Source of the DNA: Nitrososphaeria archaeon | GTDB taxonomy: Archaea > Thermoproteota > Nitrososphaeria > JACIWG01 | Assembly (NCBI GenBank): GCA_963752255.1 | Contig: CAVVXT010000010.1 | Coordinates: forward strand, 1 to 64,000 | Reading direction: 5' to 3' | DNA length: 64,000 bases | Shown: one piece after another, positions 44,143 through 51,104 of the stretch | Position numbering within the stretch: the stretch's first letter is position 1 | Layout: each line of letters begins with the position of its first letter | Program-made: the position numbers and the translations under genes | The notes under the pieces: model-generated | What the model was told of the DNA's origin: nothing | The model's input: only the letters and a program-made list of their open reading frames with translations | Databases searched by the model: none

Positions 44143-45447
44143 ATGCCCAGTTTAGAAGAATTTATTCGAGATCTTTGGATAATGGATTCTCATGAACATG
44201 TCGCACAAGAGAAGGAAAGGATTGCACAGCGTGCTGACCCTCTTCAAATATTTTTGGCACATTACGCTTCATCAGACCTTATTTCGGCTGGATTCACTTT
44301 TGACGATTATGGAAGAGCAGTCAATCTGGATCTTCCACTTCTTAAACGATGGAATATTATAGAACCCTTTTGGTCCAAAGCTCAGAACACCGCCTACTTC
44401 AATTCTCTCAAGATTGCCATTAAGGACATTTATGGCATGGAAGAAGTCAACGCAGGGACAATACAGGAACTTTCTGATAGAATGAACAATATGAATAAGA
44501 AGGGACTTTATAGAAAAATTTTAAAAGATAAAGCAAAAATTGAACGTTCAATATTTGATGGAATAACTGACATAGTGGATGTAGATAAAGAATTCTTCGC
44601 ACCTGTCGTTAGACTTGAAGACTTCATAATGATACGGAGTAGGGAGAACATTAGAAGTGTAAGCCAGATGTTAAAGGTGCCAATACATTCCCTAAAGGAA
44701 CTAGAGAGGGCTTTGGAAATCAGAGTAGAAGGTATTTTGGATAAGATTGTAGGCTTTAAGATCGCTTTAGCTTATAAAAGGGAGATCTTTTTTGAAAAGG
44801 TTACATTTTATGACGCAGAAAAGGTATTTAATAAAATAATGAGTTCTAAGGATACATACATAAGATATACAAGGTCTGATGGTGTCCGAGTTACTTTACC
44901 AGACGAAATTTCGATAGAAGAAGGACGCTGTCTACAAGATTACATGGTTCACAAGATGCTCCAACTGGCTTCGAAGTATTCCCTACCGGTTCAAGTTCAC
45001 ACGGGTCTACAGGAGGGAAACCTGAACCTAGTCAGTAACTCTAACCCTCTTCTACTTGCCAACTTGTTTATGGAATATGATGATGTCAAGTTTGATGTTT
45101 TCCATGGATCGTATCCGTACATAAAGGAGCTTGCAGCAATTGCAAAGAACCTTGCCAACGTTTACGCTGACCTAAGCTGGCTACATATAGTTTCACCAAC
45201 TTCAGCAAAGGAAGCATTGAGAGACTGGTTGGACACCATCCCATCGAATAAGATACTGGGATTCGGTGGAGACTACAGATTTGTAGAGGGAATATACGCT
45301 CATTCGAGGATGGCCAGAGAGGACATAGCAGCCGTTCTAAGAGAAAAGATAAATGAAGGAAGGTTCAGTGAAGAAGAAGCAAAACGAATTGCCAGAATGA
45401 TTCTAAGAGACAACATCCTAGAAGTATTCAACAGAGTAAAAGTTTGA
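44143..45447 (+). CDS. amidohydrolase-superfamily protein
   Basis: DSHEH, QVHTG, FHGSYP, FGGD metal-binding motifs. Confidence 0.85.
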   Translation: MPSLEEFIRDLWIMDSHEHVAQEKERIAQRADPLQIFLAHYASSDLISAGFTFDDYGRAVNLDLPLLKRWNIIEPFWSKAQNTAYFNSLKIAIKDIYGMEEVNAGTIQELSDRMNNMNKKGLYRKILKDKAKIERSIFDGITDIVDVDKEFFAPVVRLEDFIMIRSRENIRSVSQMLKVPIHSLKELERALEIRVEGILDKIVGFKIALAYKREIFFEKVTFYDAEKVFNKIMSSKDTYIRYTRSDGVRVTLPDEISIEEGRCLQDYMVHKMLQLASKYSLPVQVHTGLQEGNLNLVSNSNPLLLANLFMEYDDVKFDVFHGSYPYIKELAAIAKNLANVYADLSWLHIVSPTSAKEALRDWLDTIPSNKILGFGGDYRFVEGIYAHSRMAREDIAAVLREKINEGRFSEEEAKRIARMILRDNILEVFNRVKV

Positions 45448-45544
45448 TTTATCTCCGAATAGATAAGCAACAGGTCGGTTGGATTTTCAACTAAATACAA
45501 CGGAGTCCATATTATTTAAATGCTAAATAAATAGGTACCAACCT

Positions 45545-45886
45545 ATGCTTGAATACGAATATAAATATCCGTTAGAAGTCTTGGATAGTTATCTTTATCG
45601 TAACTTGCGTAGGGATATTAGTGGTAGGATAATATCCGATAATATTACTTGGTTTAAATTGGGAAGAACGACTAGAAATTATATAGTAGATAAAATACTA
45701 AGAGAAATGGAGTCTGTAGTTAAAGAGCTCTGTCCAAAAACAGAACTGGCCTATCACGATACTTCGGGGAACCGCTGGGTATTTCTTGTTTTCAAAGGCA
45801 GTCCTAGTGCTGCTGAACTAAGACAGATGCAGAGAGCTTATGAAGCAGTATTTGATCCTACATTTATGCGTTGGAGAGTTAGCTGA
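45545..45886 (+). CDS. hypothetical protein
   Basis: 113-aa ORF behind TATA-like tttaaa at ~45515. Confidence 0.6.
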   Translation: MLEYEYKYPLEVLDSYLYRNLRRDISGRIISDNITWFKLGRTTRNYIVDKILREMESVVKELCPKTELAYHDTSGNRWVFLVFKGSPSAAELRQMQRAYEAVFDPTFMRWRVS

Positions 45887-45999
45887 AGTTTTCTGTATAA
45901 ACTCTCGTCAATTTCTCACAAGATTATCAAGCTCTCTTCGTGACATCAAAAAAGCACACATGTATCTTAAGATAAAAATTAATATTCTTTTAGAGAAGC

Positions 46000-46488
46000 C
46001 TATTCTTTATGAATTGGATTATCCGATTTCTGTTGAGGTAGAAGATCGTCTTTTACTATATATTGTGCTGGTTCAATCTTGGTTACAGTATATTCTTGAC
46101 GTTGGACTGGGGGTATAATTAGTAATATCTTTTTGAGAGCCATTCTTCCTTTGAGACGTTTTATCAGATTATATAGATTTTTGCCGCTCATCTGATCAAG
46201 CCCAGCTTCAACCTTTCTGTAGATCGACATAAGCTCGGCCTTCCTTCTCTCCCAGTCTTCTTTCCCGACTTCGGCTAAAGTGCTGGCAGCGTTGCTCTTA
46301 GGAAAGATGAATGCTGGCAGAATTAAGCTCAGATCTATCAATTTATCAAACATATCCTCCCCTGCCCCTTCAATCTTTGCTAGGATCATTTCTCTAACGA
46401 TATTGGCGAGCTTCTTCTTCATTTCAGCATCTACTTTAGCCACCTCTTCAATCGTGGGGGTGAACCTCACGTGGACGTCTTCACCCAA
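46000..46488 (-). CDS. hypothetical helical protein, coupled to the upstream coiled-coil gene
   Basis: 162-aa ORF overlapping the 46481-47731 stop by 8 nt. Confidence 0.65.
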   Translation of the reverse strand: MGEDVHVRFTPTIEEVAKVDAEMKKKLANIVREMILAKIEGAGEDMFDKLIDLSLILPAFIFPKSNAASTLAEVGKEDWERRKAELMSIYRKVEAGLDQMSGKNLYNLIKRLKGRMALKKILLIIPPVQRQEYTVTKIEPAQYIVKDDLLPQQKSDNPIHKE

Positions 46489-47731
46489 GCCCTATCGCCG
46501 AATCCATTGAGGAGATCAGGTTTTTAAGAGATTCCTCGATCTGCCCGCCGACCGGATGACCCTTCAGCCAAGACCCGAACGCATCCAGCAGGATCCTCAT
46601 CGCTGGGAGGACTTCATACCTGTCGCCCTTCGACCCCTCAACAAGCTTCAGCAGGGGCCACATCACGTCAAACCTGCCAACCTGCTTACCAAACTCCTCA
46701 GCCTTAGACAACCTTTCTATCGCCGGGTTCACCTTATCCAGTATGCCCTGCAGCCTTTCTAGAGGCTCTTCAGTCAGGGACTTCAGCTCTGACGCATCCC
46801 TTTTCGCATTTTCATTCATTTCTTTCGTGTTCGCCTTGACATCTTCCTTCAGCTTAACCAGGAGATCTTCCACTTCTTGGGACGCCTTCCTTATCTGTGG
46901 TATGATGCTGTTCGTGATTGTGCTGACTCGATGCCTGCGCCAAAGCCTTCGTTTTCTCGAGACCGCCGACTTCCTCAAGAGGTCAGCCTTCCTCCCTTCT
47001 AGGTTCGATACTTCGGAGCCAAGTTTCTTTAGCGTTGAAGAGACCTCCCCAACTTCAGAGACGTAGGCGATCAGTTTACGTAGGTCAAACCCCTGTTCTC
47101 CGCCGCCCTTCAGCATGTTGGAGAGCTTGTGAACATCTCGGATATCTTGTGAAAACTGCGCCAGCGTGCTTCTGGCTTTCACATACTCAATTAGGTCTTC
47201 GATTGTGGCCTTCTTCTGCGCCAGCGCGTTTTCCCTTTCTTCTGCAGCCTTCGCAGACTCCGCCTTCAACTCTTTAATCTGCTGCTCCAACTTGGAGGTC
47301 TCCTTCTTCTTGGACCTATAATCATTGATGAGCTCTTCATATCTTATGCCTGTATTGGCGTACAAGTTGGATAGCTCAATGGCGTAGCGTGAGACATGTT
47401 CTGGACTGTAGCCTAAATCTATGGATGTCTGATAGAACTTGGCTATAAAGCCCTCGGAATCTGCTTCACCCACTTTCATCTTCCTGAGCAGGGAGACGAT
47501 GTTTACACCCTCAACGGCCTGTTCTACGGTGATGTTTTCACGTCTGAGCTGGATCGAAATTTCCCTGAGCCTCTCCCCTTCTGGCCCAACTTCTCTTTTC
47601 AACCCGTCCCATATCTTGGATACGTAGCCACCTGAGACGGAGCACGCCTCAGCTGTTTCATCCCTCTTGGTGCCAAGGAGGTAGGCCCTGACTATCTTCA
47701 CATCGGTTTCAGACGGTATCCTTCTGACCAT
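46481..47731 (-). CDS. N-terminal HTH-like plus long coiled-coil protein
   Basis: RDETAEACSVSGGYVSKIW is HTH-like, followed by heptad-rich K/E stretches. KSAVSRKRRLWRRHR looks like a short compensated frameshift. Confidence 0.75.
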   Translation of the reverse strand: MVRRIPSETDVKIVRAYLLGTKRDETAEACSVSGGYVSKIWDGLKREVGPEGERLREISIQLRRENITVEQAVEGVNIVSLLRKMKVGEADSEGFIAKFYQTSIDLGYSPEHVSRYAIELSNLYANTGIRYEELINDYRSKKKETSKLEQQIKELKAESAKAAEERENALAQKKATIEDLIEYVKARSTLAQFSQDIRDVHKLSNMLKGGGEQGFDLRKLIAYVSEVGEVSSTLKKLGSEVSNLEGRKADLLRKSAVSRKRRLWRRHRVSTITNSIIPQIRKASQEVEDLLVKLKEDVKANTKEMNENAKRDASELKSLTEEPLERLQGILDKVNPAIERLSKAEEFGKQVGRFDVMWPLLKLVEGSKGDRYEVLPAMRILLDAFGSWLKGHPVGGQIEESLKNLISSMDSAIGLG

Positions 47732-47761
47732 GTTATTATTCTGTCCTATCAGCTATTTAAG

Positions 47762-47845
47762 CCGTCATATCCGTCATATTGGTCATAACATCCGTCATAT
47801 CCGTCATATCAGTCATATCATTAAGGGTGTTCGTCATATCAGTCA
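47762..47845. repeat. array of 9-bp direct repeats (consensus CCGTCATAT), operator/centromere/iteron-like
   Basis: GTCATA at 47764, 47773, 47782, 47794, 47803, 47812 and 47833, and GTCA at 47842. Confidence 0.9.
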
Positions 47846-48013
47846 GGCCGTTTAATTGGGCGCCCGAGCCTGCCGTTCTAATTTTATTTGCGATAAATCA
47901 TATCGAGCCCTTAACACAGCATTTATTTTGTTAAATCGTTCACTTCATCACCTAAAGATGCTTTGCTGGGATGTACTGGGGTGCACGGGGTTCAGCTGTC
48001 AAGTTTGCCGTTA

Positions 48014-48027
48014 ATAGGGTACCCTAT
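48014..48027. promoter_or_regulatory. perfect 14-bp palindrome upstream of the 48064 ORF
   Basis: ATAGGGTACCCTAT, ~10 bp upstream of TATA-like tttaag. Confidence 0.6.
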
Positions 48028-48063
48028 CGGCGCTAACTTTAAGAGCTGCCGAGCCATAACTTA

Positions 48064-48660
48064 TTGGACATGTCGTTCGTCGTATGCCCGCTGTGCGGTA
48101 GGATGGTTAGTTTAAGGACGTTCGATCCTCAGTCATTGGACCTTAACGTCTACGTTCAGGACGTTAAGGGGCTCGGTAGGGGTAGGGGGTTCAAGGTCGT
48201 CGGCCGAGGTTCAGCCCTCGATAGGCCGTCGGTCACGGGGCCGATAAAGGGTAGGCTTCTCGACCTGTCGCTGATGCTGTACAACGAGGGGCTTCTGTCT
48301 AAGGAGGAGGTGGCTGAAAGGTTTGGCCTGGTCCTGCCTGAGAATTATGAGACACTCGAAGATGAGCGTGACGCGTTGCAGGCCGATCTCGAAGAGACGG
48401 AGGGCCGGCTTAAAGATGCTGAAGGCAAGCTCGCTAAGGTGAAGCATGAGCTTGAGGAGGCTAACGAAGGTTTCTCAGACAGGATGAACGAGTTAACCGA
48501 CCTCATAGCTAAAGCGTTGGAGGAGGACATCACAGGCTGGGAGGTCAGAGTAGAAGGAGAAGATGAAGATGGGGATAAGGCCTATGCTACACTTAGATAC
48601 GGTTTAGAAAGGTTAATAGACGACTATGGCGCTCTTGAAGCTATGCAGGAGGAATCCTGA
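48064..48660 (+). CDS. hypothetical protein: N-terminal CPLCG, acidic coiled-coil C-terminus
   Basis: 198-aa ORF (likely ATG 48070) with a single CxxC and E/D-rich heptads. Confidence 0.75.
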   Translation: MDMSFVVCPLCGRMVSLRTFDPQSLDLNVYVQDVKGLGRGRGFKVVGRGSALDRPSVTGPIKGRLLDLSLMLYNEGLLSKEEVAERFGLVLPENYETLEDERDALQADLEETEGRLKDAEGKLAKVKHELEEANEGFSDRMNELTDLIAKALEEDITGWEVRVEGEDEDGDKAYATLRYGLERLIDDYGALEAMQEES

Positions 48661-49166
48661 TGGCAGAAGCATCCAGCAAGACAGGAGATCAAGAGGAAAT
48701 TTCAGCATGCAGCCTGGATAGTCTCAGTAAGCTTTGTGAGAAACACTCTAAGATATTGTTCATTGCCACTAAAGAGGATAGGAAGTGCTTCGTTCAAAAG
48801 TTCACGAAGGGCTGTTCACTCGATGACATCAAAATCGTTCCAGTGCAGGCCGGTGGATCCTGTGAAATCAACGGAAAACTTGGGCTTGAAGCTCCCTCAG
48901 CAGTACTTATGGAAAAAGGGGAGGTGAAGTGCAGAATTCCCTTGGAGGACGACGATGTTACAGATACCGCTCATTTGATGAAGGCTTTGTCGGAGAAACC
49001 GTCAGATGTTAGCACGTGTGGGGCCGAGTTAAAAGTCAATGCAAAGACGTGGGGGTTAAAACTTCAACCGACTCAACCTTGCAAGAGGGAAATTTCCAAC
49101 CTGTCCAAGCTACCGCATCATGCCCAGAAGTATTTTACTGAGCATATAGAAACGGGAGAAAAGTGA
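48660..49166 (+). CDS. hypothetical Cys-rich protein, possibly a degenerate thioredoxin-like fold
   Basis: 168 aa, 8 Cys, APSAVLMEKGEV resembling the thioredoxin cis-Pro strand; TGA/ATG overlap with the previous gene. Confidence 0.65.
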   Translation: MAEASSKTGDQEEISACSLDSLSKLCEKHSKILFIATKEDRKCFVQKFTKGCSLDDIKIVPVQAGGSCEINGKLGLEAPSAVLMEKGEVKCRIPLEDDDVTDTAHLMKALSEKPSDVSTCGAELKVNAKTWGLKLQPTQPCKREISNLSKLPHHAQKYFTEHIETGEK

Positions 49167-49260
49167 ACATATGTAAACGCTACAGGGATCGTGCTCTTAG
49201 TTTGTACCCTATTATAGTTATGATTCCCTAACTAGTTGTAGGTTCAAACTAGAATGTTTG

Positions 49261-49424
49261 ATTCATGATCTGATCTATTCTCATTGAAATTCTATATCGC
49301 ATTTGCAAACATCATAGTCTTCCGCTGTTTTAATCGAACTATAATAGGATTGAAAGACCTACTACGTTTACGTGCAGCTACCTCGTTGAGGGGGGGTGTT
49401 GATGATCTTTGACTGTTTAGAAAC
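49261..49424 (+). CRISPR. Cas-less mini-array / solitary CRISPR repeat with degenerate flanking repeats
   Basis: Canonical-looking repeat GTTTTAATCGAACTATAATAGGATTGAAAG (49327-49356); degenerate 30-mer ending ATTGAAAT (49261-49290); 36-nt spacer between them; weaker third unit at 49398-49424. Confidence 0.65.
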
Positions 49425-49447
49425 TATCCGACGACATGCTCTACGTA

Positions 49448-49471
49448 TGGGTTCAAATCCCACCGGACCCG
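49448..49471 (+). other. tRNA 3'-end fragment (T arm, acceptor strand, discriminator G), att-like site
   Basis: TGGG-TTCAAAT-CCCA-C-CGGACCC-G, with no D arm, anticodon arm or 5' acceptor strand upstream. Confidence 0.8.
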
Positions 49472-49673
49472 CACCCAATTCTTCTCTGTTCATTATATTT
49501 ACGAGTAAATTATTGCCTAAATCCAACCCCCTACAATATCTATTTTACATTGATAAGATTCTTATTGTGAGAGAAAAATATTTGCCAAGAGTCCTTGTAG
49601 CTTTTAGAGGGAATAGATGTTTCAAAAAAAATCAGCATACAACAAAGTCGTTCCGTTCATTCGAATGTCAATT

Positions 49674-50726
49674 CTAGAGGTTTTCCGCCTCAAACCTTTT
49701 CGTCAGAGATGCCATCTTTACAGGTAGGAGCTCTCTGATTGGAAGATGGTATGGGCATCTTGATTCGCATTCGCCACATTTAAGACAGGTAGGAACTAGC
49801 TCTTTGGCCTTTTGAAACTGACTTTTAAGGTTAGGTGTCCAGCCCATCCGTCTTAGAAATTGTTTTTCAGTGCGCAATACATAGGAAATAGGTATCCCTT
49901 GCTGACAGGGTTGGCAGTAGTCGCAGCCGCGGCAGTATTCGGGTCCGAGTTCTTTCCTGTCTTTTTCTATGAGTTTCAGCTCTTCGGAGTTTAATGTATA
50001 AGAAGCTGATGCAGTAGCGATGTTCTCTTCTACTTCCTGTAAGTTCATCATTCCTGGAATTACTACATCAACATTCTTATCGTTTAGTAGGAATTTAAGT
50101 GCCGTCTTTGTATTGCTGAAGGCTCCTCCGCCAAATGGCTTCATTATTACCGTGCCCACCTGGTTTTTACTACAAAAAGGTAGCAAGTCCTCTCCTGGCA
50201 GAGTTGCGAGGTAGTTATAAGGTACTAAGATAGTTTCAAAGATGTTTTCTTGTACGATCTCTTTCAGAAGCAACGGATTATGGCTTGTGATTCCCAGGTG
50301 CTTTATTTTCCCATCTTCATGTGCCTTAATTAAGGCTTCCAGTACTCCACCCGGGGCTTTAACCTGCTTCCAAGCCTCTTTTGTTGACACATTATGCAGT
50401 TGATAGATATCTACCCATTCTGTTCTAAGATTTTTTAGGCTTGTCTCAAGTTCTTGTAGAACCTCACCTTTGGTTAGTCTCTGTGTTTTTGTTGCTATGA
50501 TTACATCGTCTCTCACATCTTCAAGAGCTTTTCCTATCCTCTCTTCACTGACCGTGTACGCTCTTGCCGTATCAAAATAATTAATACCCCTATCATAGCA
50601 GTGGCGGACGACCTTAACAGCTTCATCTTCAGAGATTCTCTGGATTGGGATACCACCAAACCCCAAGGTCTTTACCTTTAGACCTGTTCGACCCAGAATT
50701 CTTTCTTTCAAAGTATTTATCCTCAA
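49674..50726 (-). CDS. aldo/keto reductase with C-terminal 4Fe-4S domain
   Basis: LGRTG, GINYFDTARAY, ATK, YQLH, MKPFGGG, CRGCDYCQPC and CLKCGECESRCP. Confidence 0.92.
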   Translation of the reverse strand: MRINTLKERILGRTGLKVKTLGFGGIPIQRISEDEAVKVVRHCYDRGINYFDTARAYTVSEERIGKALEDVRDDVIIATKTQRLTKGEVLQELETSLKNLRTEWVDIYQLHNVSTKEAWKQVKAPGGVLEALIKAHEDGKIKHLGITSHNPLLLKEIVQENIFETILVPYNYLATLPGEDLLPFCSKNQVGTVIMKPFGGGAFSNTKTALKFLLNDKNVDVVIPGMMNLQEVEENIATASASYTLNSEELKLIEKDRKELGPEYCRGCDYCQPCQQGIPISYVLRTEKQFLRRMGWTPNLKSQFQKAKELVPTCLKCGECESRCPYHLPIRELLPVKMASLTKRFEAENL

Positions 50727-51104
50727 CTCTTGCGTTACATTGAATATATAACTTTTCTAAACCACGAGAATACGCCAATCCTTTTTACGCTTATACCTTT
50801 ACCAAATTAATCTTTCTTAGTACGATAAGTCCTGTTAAGCAGGCTGTTCCCAGACCTTTGCAATTTTTTCTCAAGATATACTCGATCTTACTATTGTATC
50901 CAATTGTTCTACCAGTGATCTCGCTTTCAATCTCCATTCATCTTTAAAATACTATTACAGAAATGAAAAGCTAAAATAAACCGTATTTCCTGATTGTTAT
51001 CATCATTTCTAGATATCCCATTTTTAGAAACTTTCGCACAAATCATATATCCAAAAATACAAAGAATATATAATTAAAACGTAAGATTATGGAAAGTTTA
51101 ATAA

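Larger units (their letters stand above)
45545..49471. mobile_element. integrated mobile-element remnant (no integrase visible); left boundary approximate
   Basis: Five orphan ORFs, visibly higher GC over ~46.2-49.1 kb, a repeat array, a CRISPR-like repeat and a tRNA 3' fragment at the right end. Confidence 0.65.

Noticed and set aside
47885-47900. Possible target of spacer 1 (TGCGATA) in the element's intergenic region
   Set aside because: Only a 7-nt match, and the spacer's first four positions mostly mismatch; consistent with chance.
49425-49475. Complete tRNA gene or split-tRNA 3' half
   Set aside because: Only the T arm and acceptor strand are present; there is no anticodon-stem strand, typical variable loop or evident pairing leader.
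49396-49677. 93-aa ORF in the ORF track
   Set aside because: It spans the tRNA fragment (MGSNPTGP is the T-loop translation) and looks spurious.
50924-50952. Minus-strand sequence ending GGAGATTGAAAG as another CRISPR-like repeat
   Set aside because: It shares only the handle, has no partner unit at spacer distance, and sits in what reads like a decayed coding remnant.
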